Assembly: GCA_009103225.1 (NCBI GenBank)
Contig: RHPI01001202.1
Coordinates: 367,206-431,205, forward strand
Reading direction: 5' to 3'
DNA: 64,000 bases
DNA from: Chlorokybus atmophyticus
Lineage: Eukaryota > Plantae > Mesostigma and Chlorokybus algae
Both the position numbers and the translations under genes were made by a program. The notes below the pieces were generated by a model. The model was not told the origin of the DNA and did no database searches. It saw nothing but the letters and a program-made list of their open reading frames with translations. Positions 35,049-49,814 of this stretch are shown in pieces (the stretch's first letter is position 1; each line of letters starts with the position of its first letter).

Positions 35049-37557
35049 GCGTCGCGCAATCTATTCCGCCGCCGCGGACCCTAACAACAATGGCCACGAC
35101 AACAAGCGCAGCGATGCCGACAGCGATAAGGCGCCCACTTGCACCTAAATGTGTAGCTTACTGCATGCACATGATGAGTAGCTTTCTAGTTGATGGTTGG
35201 ATATTATACTTGTCAATGTGTCTCGCTCTCTTACCCACTCATAAGCAGGTTTGCGACTTTCACTGACGTTAGCTACATTGTGTGTGGCATGGTATGAGTG
35301 GGGGTTGGGTGGAAACATGTACGTATTGGAGCATAAAGTGCGGTGTGCTTGCTGTTGACGCTCACATCGTTTATTTGCGTACACATGTGCTTGTTGCTTT
35401 GTTGGATATGGTTGTTGTGCACCATGCTGACTAGATGTTGCGAAATTGTTGTTGCAGGGTCAGTTAAGGTCATTATTGTGTTATGTACATGACTTGTTTG
35501 TATGCTTCAAATTGGCACTGCGTGTTGGAGTGGCACGTGTGCTCGCATGCACATTGGCATGCGAGTGCCACACGCACGCACGGGGTGGGGATTGGGTGAC
35601 ATCAAGTCACTTATTGTCACATAAGCTACACGTAACGTGTACAAACATGCAATATGATTAATGATGCCATCAAGTCTAAGCTAACAGCGTATTGCTTGCG
35701 TGCAGCTATAGTGTACTGTTTGCTAATGTGCACGGTTGGTTGTGTGTTGTTTTGTTTTATGAAAAGCTCGGTTGCTAGGTTGTAATCTATGCACATTGTG
35801 TTTATGCACAAATTGATCGTGTGCTTTGTGCTTGTATTACATGCAAAAGTGACATGCGTGCTCGTATTTCGTTGGCTATGTTATAGAAATGATCGCTTAC
35901 GCGCACTCAATATGAGTGTGCCTTCCATGTTCAAGCATGTGGATCTTCCAAAGTAAATGCGCATATATATGGTCTCATGTTACAGCATACGGCCTCATGT
36001 TACAGCATATGCGCACATGAGGTCACATAATGAAGGCAGCTATATTGTCTTGAACTAATTATGTGTATGCACGTGCATATGTGCACAGTTTCTCATTCTT
36101 TTCATTCATATTCGATTCATAAAGCATACATTCTGCAAATATGAACTGTATTTTGCATGTTGTATCAAGACAGACTTTTGATAAGTTCATATTTGTTGTT
36201 TGTAAATATTACAATGGATTGGCAAGTTGCATAACTAGCTATTTCCATGCAATCTCTCGTATGCATAACTAGGTTATAGTGTAGACTAACGTGAATCAGC
36301 ACAATGGATTACGTAAAACATCGATGCATATGTAGCGCACTGCAATACGCTGGTATGGAATATCAGCGTCTTGCGTTGCGCGATCCGTGATGTGTCATGA
36401 TAGATCACGCAATTACGTGCATTCATCGCACACGTCAAGTGACACAATGGTCGCAGCATCAACTACTTGTTGTCTACATTATAATGCTATTATGACGTTA
36501 CATTATGGTTATTAATGAGCATGATAACGTGCACAAATAAGAACTGCAACACTGCAACGCTGTAATTAACATTACCATCGATTGTGTCAACGAGTTTCAC
36601 ATTGTATGTTATTGCATGAACTTGTTCATACGAGTGTGCATATGCATGACTCTGATGTATAAAATGAACCACACTGCAGGCACGAGCAATCTAAGCAACC
36701 ATGCATTACACATTTTAAGCACGATTTTACAATAACAATATCTTGCAATATATGTAGTTGCTATATTGCCACTTGTGTCCACTTATGTTGGAGATGTTTA
36801 AAAGCTGTCATTCTGTTAACAAAGACAAAGCCAATTCAATGAGCCTACGGCACTCGCCCCTTCTCAGGTTATGACTCGTACGTTATGAACGAGTCGCTTG
36901 ATTTCTGTGACAGGTATACCAGGTATAAGCATACGCTGCGTGATGACTCCTTATAAGAATGTTGCTATTAAGGAGTGTGCTGCTACACACAACGCAGTGC
37001 ATAACACGGTGTTATTAACACCTCGCACCACTGCTTACGTCAGCAGCCCCATCGCTTTCACCACGGCGGCTGCGTGGGGCACATAGCTGCCGGGGTCGGC
37101 GGGGCCCGCACCGGCAGGAGCCAGCTTGGTGTCTAGCCTGTGTTTGCAAGTGAGCTGTTTCAAGAAGAACTGGCGTGAACAAATAAAACAGGGAGCTTCG
37201 CTGGCGACCGACAAGTTGATCGCAGTGAAGAAGGTGCACTGGAAGCTGCACGCATTTCGCCAGTGGGAGTGTGTCATGCTGCAGAGATAGAATTGAACCC
37301 TGTACATTTTTTGTTTGTTGCGTTGTGGTGTGCGCGACTGTGTGCGCTTGCCACAATTGGTTGCATGCAAGGTCGTTCTTTATTTACGATTGGCCTTGCG
37401 AGGATGGCACTCCAGGCTTGCGTTCCAGTGAGGCTGTCATGTCATGAGAGATGAACGTGTCAAAGAGTCAGGCTGCAGCTGTACTATATGCAACTCTGTG
37501 CACTTTTGTCCTATGCTTGTGTGCACCTGCACAAATGTTGTGCGCCTGCTGTTCCAG

Positions 37558-39019
37558 ATGACAAAGCGGCTGGCTATCGTCGTCAGGAAACGCGCCAGGC
37601 GGCTGTTGAGAAGGCCCTGCCAAGACTACAAACAGAAGGCTTCTGGAAGCAGCAGCAGCGCCACCACGCAAACCGAACCGGATCCAGTGAGTGGTGTAGC
37701 TTCGAGTGTCATTGTCAGTACACATTACACAAGCGACTGGCAAAGCAACTCCTCCCATAACAAATGGTTGTGTACTTACGTGTCAGGTTATCACACTATT
37801 TCATGGACTCATTCCCGTGTTTGTCCATGTATGTGATTGTCACTAGATGTAACAGGTTGTTGCATAATGTGACCAGATACTACATCAACTCATGCATGTT
37901 CATGCGTGTGTTAGCCGCAGGCGAGCTCCAGCTGTTGCATTGGCTGTGTGCGCATGTACCTATGATGGTATGATGTGCAGGGCCCATCCGAGCCAGTGTG
38001 CCGGTTTTGTCTTGAGGAGCACACTGAGGGTGATGGCGATCAGCTGATCAGCCCATGCGCGTGCCGCGGAAGCATCGAGTTCGTGCACTTAGCCTGCCTG
38101 CGTGAGGTACTTCCACCCGATCGCTTTCTTTTATACAATGACATGTTGATGAGGAGGAGGAGGATCGTGATGGTGAAAGGAAGCATGTGCACAGACACAG
38201 CACCTTTCACTGCATAGTATCTACTAGCTTGCCAAAACATGCATGTATCGGTGATTGCTTATAAACAACCGCATCTGCTACCAGCTGTCCTGCGTGGCAT
38301 AGTGCACTTTGTCAAGTGCATGTGTGGCTTGTTGTGTGGCAGTGGGTGAGCACATGCAACAAGCGTGTCGGCGTCTCATACAAGAAGCCTCCGGCGTTCA
38401 GCGTGGCGTGCCCCGTTTGCCTGCAGCGGTACCGCTACGAGGACCAGAGAGAGGATGCGCAACCGCTCTCACAGTCACGAGACGAGGATGATCACCACCA
38501 TCATCATCCATCATGGCACCGGCCTCTCCCCGCACGCGAACGCTGCATTGCGTCGATATTTATTGCTCTCCTCCTTGCGGCCGGACTCGCCGTTACACAC
38601 ATCACAGACGAATACACCGCCCAATATGTAAGCAAAATCAACAAGAGACAAAGTGTATGTGCGTGCGCTTGTGTGCGCAAGTGTGTGTATGTATGCCCCC
38701 GCGCGTGTGTGTGCGAGTGCATGCATTGTGTGTGCGTGCGTGCGTTTGTGTGTCTGGTTGTTGATGTGGTGCATTGCAGATGCAGCAGGCCATTGACAAC
38801 ACAATAAGCACGCCCGAGTCTAATGCGCATGCGACAAGCCTTGTTAAAGGGTTGGGCTTTGCACGCGTGGGCTGGCGCATGGAGGAGCAGGTCCTGTTGG
38901 CCATGCGTTGCATGGAGCGCACGCTGCACAAGTATGTTGAGACCAACATGGCTGCACGCGAGCACACGCCGCACACGCTGGCGCCCAATGGCCACAGTTC
39001 AAACGCGCACGACACATGA
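37558..39019 (+). CDS. RING-CH (RINGv/MARCH-like) zinc-finger protein with a TM segment, probable E3 ligase; multi-exon
   Basis: CRFCLEEH...LISPCACRGSIEFVHLACLREW...CPVCLQRY; hydrophobic IASIFIALLLAAGLAV. The start codon is uncertain because it follows a CAG acceptor, so an upstream exon is possible. Confidence 0.82.
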
Positions 39020-39908
39020 CATGGGTGGTTGCGGCATGTACACATGTTGGCGTGACGGAATGTTGGGTCTGGCGCTGCATAGTGTCAGCAGACTGCGGTT
39101 TGTTTGTATAGAGTTGTTGCTGCTGTGTCTCTGTGTTTGATAAGTCACAGTCTGTATACTGGGTAGGCAGCTACGTATAGCGTGTATGACTGAGCAGGTC
39201 AGGCCGGCGTTGCTGTGACTGTAAATTACATGACATGTAGCGAGGTAAAACGCCCTTGCAGTTGGTGCATGCCCTCAGCGTTGTTGTGCGGTAATTGTAA
39301 CCAAAAACGTTGAAGATTGGCGCAAAGATTAATTTGTGGCCAAAACGTTGAATTGGAAATCAGACAGTTATGACATTGTATTTGCTACTGTGCCACAAAC
39401 AGCCGCTAGCATTTGCATGAAAGCTTGTGCGTTGTGGTGATCTTGACAGTCTCTAGCTTGCATACTGGCATTAACTATTTGCCTTCCTGGCACACACCCG
39501 CGAAGGTTGCAGTTCCAGAATCACGTCACGTGGACATGGCGTTATACATGTGCACATGCATACATAGTTGTTGATGTTGTTCTTGCAAAGCACAACCGCA
39601 GAAAGTCTCAGATAAGGTTCTCTTTCAACTACGAGCTTGGCTTGGCAACTTCTGTCCCCTTTAATCTTGCAACGAAACATCCGTGCGCAGATTGCAGCTG
39701 AGCAGGACGACTGTTGCTGGCCTTTGAATGCAGGTGGGACCACACGCACGCACGCACGCATGCACATGCGCTCGTGCATGGATGCACACGCACAACACAC
39801 ATACCCCCATGTACCACACCACAACTTTCTTCCATATCTGTTTTTCAAGCAGACCGCCAAATCTAATCTTCTTACAACCCCACCCCCACCCCCACCCCTC
39901 CCCCTCCT

Positions 39909-40334
39909 CTACCCCCACACCCTCCACGTACAATCCGCCCCGCTGGTCACCATCCACCCCCTCCTCTCTTCCCCGCCAAACTCCACCCCACTCACCGCCT
40001 CCTCATGTCCCCTCATCTCCTTAACGACACTCCCATCCTCACTGCTAACACACCTCACGACTGCATCGTCACACGCGCAGGCCACGACGCGACCGCTGCC
40101 GTCGAAGGAGACGGAGGAGATGGGGTAGCCGCGGGATAAGGGGAGGGAGAGACGGGGGAAGGGAGAGGAGAGTAAGCGGAGGTCGAAGAGGTTGAGGAGA
40201 CCGTCGGCGTCGCAGCTGGCGATGGTGTCGCCCTGGGAGGGGGAGAGCGAGTGTAAGCGTGTGTGTGGTATCCGGCATCAACACACACGCACTCGCTCAC
40301 ACTCTCGTGCACGCGCACGCACAAGCACACTCGC

Positions 40335-40365
<31 letters not shown>

Positions 40366-43300
40366 TGTCTCATTCCACCCACACACTCACCCTTAGGTTG
40401 AACGCGACGGAGTTGACCGAATTCAGATGTCCGTGGCACGTCGCGACGCACAATTGCGTCCTCGCATCCCACAAGCTCACGGTCTTATCGCTACTCCCCG
40501 TCACCAACACCCCACTATACGGTTGCCACGCGAGTCCATTCACACTATCCGCATGCCCTCGTAGAGCCACTTTACACCTCCCCATCGTCAAGTCCCACAA
40601 CCTCGCGCTGTGATCCAACGAACACGAAGCCAACATGTCCCCCAAGTCGTGGTGCTTCACGTCCCACACAGCCTGCTTGTGGTCCGATAGTGTTAATGTG
40701 CACTTGGCACGGTCAAAGTCCCAAATCTTGACCAAAGAGTTGCCGGAGGCAGAGGCGAGGTGGGTGCCACGCGGGTGGAAGTCCACTGCACTTATCCATG
40801 ATGAGGAGGTGGGTGGGGTGGAGGAGGAGGAGGAGGAGGTGGACTTGTGGGATGTGGGGGTGGGGGTGGATGAAGAGGTGTCGCCGCTCATGATGAGGTC
40901 GCCGTTGGGGATGGACCACATCTTCCAGGTGCCGTCATCGGAAGCGGTGGCAACAACGGCCTTCTTGGGATGAACGGCGATGCTATGGGGCGTGGAGGAG
41001 TCAGTCAGTTTTCAAAGCTTGGGTGTCTCAAAGAGTCATTGTGCTTGGAAAACTCTACGTTACACATACTCCCACACCCACACCCACACCCACACCCACA
41101 CCCACACCCACACCCACACCCACACCCACACNNNNNNNNNNNNNNNNNNNNNNNNNNNNNNNNNNNNNNNNNNNNNNNNNNNNNNNNNNNNNNNNNNNNN
41201 NNNNNNNNNNNNNNNNNNNNNNNNNNNNNNNNNNNNNNNNNNNNNNNNNNNNNNNNNNNNNNNNNNNNNNNNNNNNNNNNNNNNNNNNNNNNNNNNNNNN
41301 NNNNNNNNNNNNNNNNNNNNNNNNNNNNNNNNNNNNNNNNNNNNNNNNNNNNNNNNNNNNNNNNNNNNNNNNNNNNNNNNNNNNNNNNNNNNNNNNNNNN
41401 NNNNNNNNNNNNNNNNNNNNNNNNNNNNNNNNNNNNNNNNNNNNNNNNNNNNNNNNNNNNNNNNNNNNNNNNNNNNNNNNNNNNNNNNNNNNNNNNNNNN
41501 NNNNNNNNNNNNNNNNNNNNNNNNNNNNNNNNNNNNNNNNNNNNNNNNNNNNNNNNNNNNNNNNNNNNNNNNNNNNNNNNNNNNNNNNNNNNNNNNNNNN
41601 NNNNNNNNNNNNNNNNNNNNNNNNNNNNNNNNNNNNNNNNNNNNNNNNNNNNNNNNNNNNNNNNNNNNNNNNNNNNNNNNNNNNNNNNNNNNNNNNNNNN
41701 NNNNNNNNNNNNNNNNNNNNNNNNNNNNNNNNNNNNNNNNNNCACCCACCCACACTCACTTACTTGCTTATTCCCATCAGGTGTCCCCTGAACGTCTTCA
41801 ACAAGTTCCATCCCGCCACCGGCGCCGCATCAAAGGTCAATTCCAGGAACGGGTTGGCTCTCGGTGCTAATGGCACCTGCGCTCCTGTCCCGATCCCGTT
41901 TCCGGTGTTATTGGTTCCCGAATTGGGACCAGGACCAACCTTCCTTGCGGGGGAACCAGTTGTGGCCTTGCGGGCGGCCCCGGTGTTTTTTGACGTTGTT
42001 GTTGTGGTGGTTGTTTTCTTGGAGGGCTGCTCGGACGGTAGCATGTTGTTGTTGCTGTTATTGTTGCTTTCGGATACGGCCTGCTGCTGCTGCTCGAGCT
42101 GCTTCAAGTTGCCCTCCAACACAGCCACCTGTGTATATGGTGTATGATGTGTGTGAGTTGTGTATGTCTTGAATGGCGACCCCAACCTTGCGCGCATGCG
42201 TGTGCGTGTGTTCATCCTTGCCTTTGCGGATAAGCGGTCACGTTCGAGCTTCACAAGCATCTTCTCCTTCATGGCCGCTTCATACTTGTGTCGGAGCTCC
42301 CGGATGGTCGGCTCGTACTGACCGTAGTGCTTCCTCAACCTCTGGAGACACAGACAGAGACACCGAGTCATGAACACCCTCTCATCCCTGTCTCATTCCC
42401 AACATGACTCTCTTCCCCCTCCCCCCCCCCGACACCTTGATGTCGTTGATGAGTCGCGTCTTCTCCTGCGCCACGCGGCGGTGGTGCATGCGATGCAGGT
42501 CGCGCTCGCGACGGAACTTGTCCCACGTCGCCGTCGCCTTACTGCGAGGAGAGGGAGGGGGACAAACATGTGGGTATGTGCGTGGGTGCGTGGGTGGGTG
42601 GGTGGGGTGGGGGTGGGTGGGTGGGTGGGGACAGCGCATCAGAAGTTACCGTACCCACCCAACATAACTCGCTTTGCACATACACACCCACACCCACCCA
42701 CCCACATACTTTGCAATGTCCGTTGCTGCCTTGAGGTCCCCCCTCGTCCCCTCCAGCGCCTCCTCCAGCGCTCTGCACCTCGCGTACGCGTCCGGCATCG
42801 CGTTGTTGTTGTCCCCTCCTCCACTGATACCGGTGTTGTTGGGGCCCGAGACGGTGTCGGGCCCGCCTGGCGACTCGAGGCACCAGGAGGGGAGACGGCC
42901 GGAGTCCTTGGACTCGTACCATTCGGTCTGTTGGAGGATGGATAAGTGTGTGTGTGTGTGCTTGCATGCGTGCGTGCGTCAGGGAGTGTGTGGAAGCGGC
43001 GGTAGATGGATGCGCGCGTGCGTGTGCATGCATGCATGCATGCATACGCACGCACATGCGCACACGTGTTCATGCACGCACGCACGCACGGCCCCCCTCC
43101 ACCACATGTCCCCACCTCATCCCCCCCAAACCACACCGCTCACCTCAAACGCTTCCAGCGCGCGCGCCAGTCCCGCCCTCGCCAGGAAGTTGCGCACGAA
43201 GTCGTCGGGCGGTTCGGGCGCGCGGCTCGACGACGCCTCGCGATTGATGATGTTGCTAGTCCTGTAGCCGGTATGACCACCGCTGGTATGCGCCGCTGGT

Positions 43301-44138
43301 GAAGACATAAAAGGGAAAGAGAGTTGGGAGACTCATCTAGTGCATGCTACAGTGTTTCTAAGCATGCATGCGTGGGCTTGTGTGGGTGTGATTGAGTGGG
43401 TAGTGCGAGGGTAGGCGCGTGGATGTGTGCATGTGTGTGTACGCGCATAGGTGTATGTTTGTGCGCGTGATTCACTTGCATTCCCCACCCCATTCCTCAC
43501 CCTTGCGTTCCCTTATCCCATGCAGCGCCCTCAGCGCCTGCTCCAGGTCCTCCGAGTCCCGCGCGTCTGCCTCCGCATCCTCCGCTCCTCCCTCTTCGTT
43601 GCTGCGTGCGGCGTCGTCCTCCACCAGCTCGTAGGCGAAGTCGTCGTCGGAATCGTCCAACGCAACCTCTGCGGGTTAGGTTGGGGTTTTTGATATAGGT
43701 GGGTTGGTTTATCAGTAGCCACATTCGTCCCCCTGATGAGTCTTCTCTGACTGTGTTTGTGTAACCCATGACGACGATCTTAAAACAACATCTGCATGAT
43801 GATACCAGACTGTATGTGTGCTGAAATCAGAGCAGCTGCACATTTTGCTTGTACTTGTCTGGTTGAACACTGAGTTGTAGGCTTTCGCCCCTCTCTCTGT
43901 GCATAAGAGAGCAGGGAGGGCAAGCACTCACACTCCACTCCAGATTTCAGTATACGGACTCAAAATCAAATTTCTACACAGCAAACCTTCTTATGCTTAC
44001 TGGATTTTGATTTTTTTAAACAACAACAAGAGCAAGATCGCTGTTTGCCACTGTGACGAAGAAACACCAGGTAAGGTAAAACACTTGACACGAGGACTTA
44101 CGCTCAAGCGTGAACTCATCCTCGGCCACGTCCGTCAT
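39909..44138 (-). CDS. PF20: Flagellar central-pair WD40 protein PF20/SPAG16; multi-exon
   Basis: EFTLEQVALDDSDDDFAYE N-terminus, PDDFVRNFL, WDKFRRERDLHRMHHRRVAQEK and KHYGQYEPTIRELRHKYEAAMKEKMLVKLERDRL, then WD repeats (TFRGHLMG, ATASDDGTWKMW, LRGHADSVN, MRGHEEAVS...SGADCTWRVWG*). The gap 41132-41742 falls in an intron. Confidence 0.93.
40339..40365. repeat. (GA)n microsatellite in a PF20 intron
   Basis: Direct reading of the sequence. Confidence 0.95.
41071..41755. repeat. (CACACC)n satellite flanking an assembly gap (N 41132-41742) in a PF20 intron
   Basis: About ten cccaca units precede the gap and caccca-like units follow it. Confidence 0.9.
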
Positions 44139-44569
44139 TGTCGTCGCCCCTCCTCCTCCTCCTCCTCCTCCTCGTACTTCTACTGATACTCGTCCTCCTC
44201 CCCGTCCTCCTTCGCCGCCTTCACACCAGCGGCGGCGGCGGCGGCGGCGGCGGCAGCGGCCTAAAATAGCCTCACGCCAGCCTTTCTGTTTGCTTTCGCC
44301 GCCGCAGTGTCACATGACAACCCTGTACCTCAGTCGTAACTCCGACACGATGCGTTCGCCCCATAGATACGCCTTTGGCCCCTGGGTTACGCCCCTTGCT
44401 TTGCTTAACAACCGTAACGCAGTCACGCCCGTGCCCACCAACTGTAACAGATCTATCGCTGTGAGTGCAACGCAGCGGCGGCGGCGGCGGCGGACGAGGA
44501 GGTGGAGGAGGAAGTGGACAGAAGGAGAGAGGTTGAATTGTGAATACTGAGGATTAGGGCTACACGGAC
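44139..44569. promoter_or_regulatory. Putative bidirectional promoter between PF20 and the coiled-coil gene
   Basis: ATGs are head-to-head at 44138 (-) and 44570 (+); (GGC)n tracts at about 44230 and 44476 and a (CCT)n tract. Confidence 0.5.
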
Positions 44570-46530
44570 ATGGCGGAGCTTGAGAAGCTCAAGCTGGCGG
44601 CCATGAACGCCTCCAGCAGCTTGCAGAGTGCTGCGAGCAGGGTGTTTGGCAGAGCCAAGTGAGTGCCTTGAGAGTTGCAATTGTACAAAGTTACTTTGAC
44701 TTGCTTGTCAGGTCAGCACTTGTAGCTGTTTGGAGTCTTGTTAGCGTATGGTCTGTTGAAAACGACAGATCAGGAAGAGCCAAGGTCACATGCACATTAA
44801 CCACAGCGTTGGTCACGCGCAATGGTGATTTTTAACTAGGTACTGAAGCTGACCAATACACAAGCCCACGAGTTATTACAGCATCACGTTTTCACGTCAA
44901 AACAAACCCTTTCAAACATGCACACATGCGTGCGTACACACACGCACGTACACACTTGTGCATGGTGCCCAGTACCTCGCACACGCAGACACAAACAGAG
45001 ATAGTCAGTCAGTTCGCTCAATACACCAAGTGACAGTAAGCACTTGCTTCCATTTCACTTTTTAATACAACAGACAACCAATCACTCCCCGTAACCACCT
45101 CCCCCTCTCCTCCCCCTTCTCTCCCAGCTCCTTTTCCACCCGCTCCCTCGCCACCAAAGCCGCCCTCCTCTCCCTCCTCCTCGTCGCCGCCGGCATGCTC
45201 GCCGTCACTCTCCCCCGCAGTAACAACAGCAGCAGTGCAGTCTCAAACAGCGACACAGACAACAGTGTAGATAAGGAGGGGATGGACAAGGAAGCCATCG
45301 AGAAGGCGGATCTGGCGAGGGAAGAGTCGGCGAAAGCGATCGCTGTCAAAGCAAGGAAACTAGCTGAGAAGGTGAGAGTGTTGTTGTTGGTGGTGTGGGT
45401 GTGGGTGTGGGTGTGGGAACTAACGTCTCTGTACTACTGCTGCAGGACTTCAAGTCGGATATAAAGTCGTTGAAAACGGAGCTCAAGTCTCACAAGCGGG
45501 CGCTGTCAGAGCAGTCCAAGTCCATAGACGAGCTTGAAGTGAGTCGCACAACCACACACACACACACTTCCACACGACCTCCACATGACACACAACCACC
45601 CTACAGCAAGCGTCCAAGGACACGGCCAAGCGTCACGCGGACGAGGTTTCTGGCCTGAAGTCACTCGCAAAGGAGGCCGATGCGCGCCACGCCAAGGAGG
45701 TGAAGGACCTGATGGAGCAGCTGGAGGCGAGGCAGAGGGCACACTCCCAGAAAACTGTAAGTACAAAGGAGTGTGATCCTGTGTATGTGTGTGTGTGCGG
45801 GTGTGTGTGACTGATGTGTGTGTGTGGGATAGGTTGGTATGGCGGAGGACTGGGAGAAAGAAAAGATGGACGTGGCGCAGGCGGCTGTGATAGCCGTGCA
45901 AGACTGCCGCAACCAGGGGGAAGCTGCCGTCGCAGCCCTCACCGCCACCCTCTATGACACCCAACAAGTAGGCGCACAGGCACACGTGTGCACGTGTGTA
46001 GAGTCATACCTGAGCACATGATCGTATATGTGCATCCTTCCGCATACGCATGTATATGTCATGATCATGTTTGAGTTGACCCGCATTAGGCAGGGGTGCT
46101 GCTTGTATGAACCATCTGAACCCCGCACAAACACATGTATACACACACGTACACGTGCAGGAGCTTGCGTGGACACGTGGCAACCTCACGGACGCCCTCA
46201 CCCAAGTCACCTTCCGTGACTTATTCATCAAAGACCTCAACTCGCAAATTGACGCCGAGAAAGTCAAGTAAGACTCCGTGTTCCACATACCCACATCACC
46301 CACACCAGCCAACATTCTCACAACATGTGCCCCCTTGCAGGGTGCAGCAGCTGGACGACGAGTTGTTCGAGTCCCGCCACGCAAAGGCGTATCTGGCGGA
46401 CCGGTTCGGGAAGGACAAGAAGGAAGAGAAGGATGATGAGGGTGATGTGGATGAGGAGGAGGGTGACGAGGAGGGTGAGGAGGAGGTAAGGTTTGAGAGG
46501 AGGCGGAGTTTACGCGGCCGGTTTGATTGA
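44570..46530 (+). CDS. Coiled-coil protein of unknown function with an acidic tail; multi-exon
   Basis: Seven exons join in phase: MAELEKLKLAAM..., KEAIEKADLAREESAKAIAVKARKLAEK|DFKSDIKSLKTELK..., QASKDTAKRHADEV..., ELAWTRGNL...KVQQLDDELFESRHAKAYL...DEEEGDEEG. A further last exon near 47706-47758 is possible via the GTAAGG donor at about 46486. Confidence 0.75.
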
Positions 46531-49051
46531 TGTGTTGATATTGTGTTCAAATGGTGGAATGGAAGCTTATCTGTAGCATATGGACAATAATCAAGTTGAG
46601 TTGTTGCAGCTGATTGTGTAGCTTGCGTGTGAAAGCTTGCAAGCATATCGCATGGTGCTGTGGAAGCGGTTTCCGTTTCTTGACTTGCTAGAAATAAGCT
46701 GGCAAGCTGTAATGTAGATATGGCATTCGGTACGATATGTTGGCTGGTTGATACTTGTACTTTTGCAGTGGTTCTTTACATAGATGCCCACGTACATCAC
46801 GCAACCAGCACCAAACACACACTCAGATAATTGCAGTCGAGTTGCAATAAAACTGCCGTGCTCTTCTGCTGTTGCTATTGCATTCACTTAGGTATGAGTG
46901 GCTAGTCTCGGCTCTCAGTCTTGGCTTTAACGTGCTTGGCAGGCCGCTGCGTATAAGCACGCGCTTGCGTGTGAGTGCGTGTGTGTTGTTATGTGTGTGC
47001 AAGCGCGTACGTGTGCTTCTGAACATGTGTGTGCTTGTGTGCGCGTGCTTGCAGGTAACATCCTATGTACATGTACATATGTGCATGCTTGCGCGCGCGT
47101 GCATGTGGACTGAGATCATCTGACTTATCAGCCACAGACACTTGCATGTGCATCGTAATGAAAGTTCAACATGCATTGCTCGTTGCTATCGGTGGCCCCG
47201 ATGCGGCCATTATTCTGGGTGATGCCAGTCTCTACCAAGCCAAAACTAGCAACACCATCACAACGTATGGCATAAAATGGATGCACACCATGCCGTGCAC
47301 ACACAAGGTGTGCGCTAACACACGCACCCAGGCACCGAGTACTCAAAACAAAACCACAAAACACCAACTCCCACCCATCTACTACACTTACCACAAGTAG
47401 ACCTATGGGGCTGGCCAAGGGGGCTAGCTATGTGCAATGCAAGACACATCAACAGCAGGCAGGTGTGGGCAAGATGTACTAATAATAGCACGTGTCCCCG
47501 TCCTGCAGCGTAGGGGAAGAGAGGAGAGGACAAGAGGAGAGGTGAGTAATGTAGCATCGGCAGCTGTTAATGTAACGCCGGTAAATATTGAGTGGGATCA
47601 GAGGGCTAATGAAGCATTAATCAAGCGATACACAACCTTTCATGGTGGCGTCTTTTGCTACTGGCCTGGTCGGCTAAGCCCTACGTTACAGTTGACGATG
47701 ACAGGTGCAAAACGATGATGACGCTGACGATGCTGTTAACGCAGCCTGTACACATTAAGATTGCGCAATCTTGATGCTGAGGGTTGCTTGAGGCACGGTG
47801 GCGAATGGAGTGGTTTTTGCAATACATGCTATAGCTACACTCAAAGGTTGTATTGCCCCATGCACATCCAATTGAATGTTTTGCTCATCGTGCTTCTAGT
47901 TTTACTTCCATATATAAAAAATGTCATGTTCAAGGTTTTGTTTAACGAGAGTGAATTGGACGTTGTGTCATGGCGTTGAGCTAGCCCATTCGTTGTTACA
48001 AATGTTGCTTTGTGCTTTTGCTTGTGCTTAACTCAACACTCCGCATGCGACATGCATGCTTAACACCCCACATTAAGTGCATAAGAGATGATGTGTGACA
48101 AGCAACATGTTGTGCAAAACCTCGTTGTAACTCTCATGAATGCTATTGCACGCGAGCGGCAAACAACAAAGCATTATGTTTACAAACATGTTTAAGGTGA
48201 GCATCGTCATGTACTGATTGCGGTGCTTGATATAATATCGACTTTCCAACTCACTTGCCGGGCAATCAAACATGTGATATACGAAACATCGGCCAAGTAC
48301 AACCTGCGCCAAGCAAAGGTGCGATAAGTGCCGCATGTACCACTGCTGATGTGTCTTTGCGCATGTTGAACATGTTAAAGACCTACTGTATTGTATCGAT
48401 AGCGCATGTGTTGCAATTACGCTTTTGTCTTACAAACGCATGCGCGCCTGTGCAAAAGTTGCACCTGTCCATTTGCTTTGCCAATAAGCGGCTTACTATA
48501 TTTAGTGAATGTGGGAGGTGCTAATTGTGTATCTCATTGACACACATGTGTGGGTTGCATTTGTTGCGCATTGCATGCCATATACAATGTATACTATGCA
48601 TGCGATCGTTTGTTTCAATCACATGGACGTGCGCTTGTAATCGTGTGCATACATTGCTTCATTACTCAACATCAACGATGCATTCACACACACCGCCATG
48701 TTACGATTAAGGTCACGTTGTTCTTATTAAGATAACACCTCCAGTTTTTGCCACTCATGAACAAACAAACTGCTTGGCTCATCTGAACAAATCTATACAT
48801 GACCAGTCACGTCCACTGCTGGTCAACAAGTAGCAGTCTACACACCTTGCAATCGGAGGAAAGCACACGCACAAGCCAGCCATTCCTATAACCGTACCCT
48901 TGCTGCCTGGTGCGATGGCACAGCTTGCTTCCCGCCCAGACAGCAAAAACGACATGCGTACACTCGCATGCGCTCCTACACATTGTTGTTGCCGTTGTCG
49001 TCGTCGTCGTCGTTGGCGGCGACGGCGACGGCGACGGCGGCATCATCAACC

Positions 49052-49773
49052 ATGGCCCGCTACGAGTCCGTCTCCTACCCCGACGGCGCCCGCTACGACG
49101 GCGTCATGTCGCCGCCGCAGGCCAGGAGTGGACGGGGGCGGTACCTCCCGGATGACGGCGGGGAGTCGGACAGGGACGGGGACAAAGGGGAGGAGAAGGA
49201 GCAGCTGTGGTGCCAGCATAGAGGGGTGCTGGCTTTTCCGGATGGAGACAGGTTAGACATGTGCGTGCGTGCGTGCGTGGTTGTTTCAAAGAGTGCGATC
49301 GTAATGCATCTGACAATATTCATCTACTCCATGGCCTTGAGGTGAAGTTTCGATGTAATGCTGTGCTAAGCAACAGATTGTCAGCAAAGAAAAAAAAAAC
49401 TGCGGAAGCAAGCATTGGCAAGTTTTAAACAGCCTTGCCTGGCCGTGGCTTGAGATCGAAGAGCCACTTAGAGATTGTCTCCCATGAGACATGTTCTCAT
49501 GTGCCACTATGGACACAGCATAGAAATCCGCACACATGTGCGCGTGCATGTGTATGAATGAATGTGCAAAAAAGTTCACACACACACGCGTGCGTGTGCA
49601 CACGCGCGCATAAACAAGCATGTGCTGGTTGCAGATACGAGGGCGAGTTCCGGGACAACACAATGCATGGCCTCGGCGTGTACACATGGGGAGCCAATGG
49701 TGCTCACTATGCCGGTTGGTGGCGCGCCAACCGCATGCACGGCTGCGGCGTCAAGGCAAGTGTAGTGATTTCT

Positions 49774-49814
<41 letters not shown>

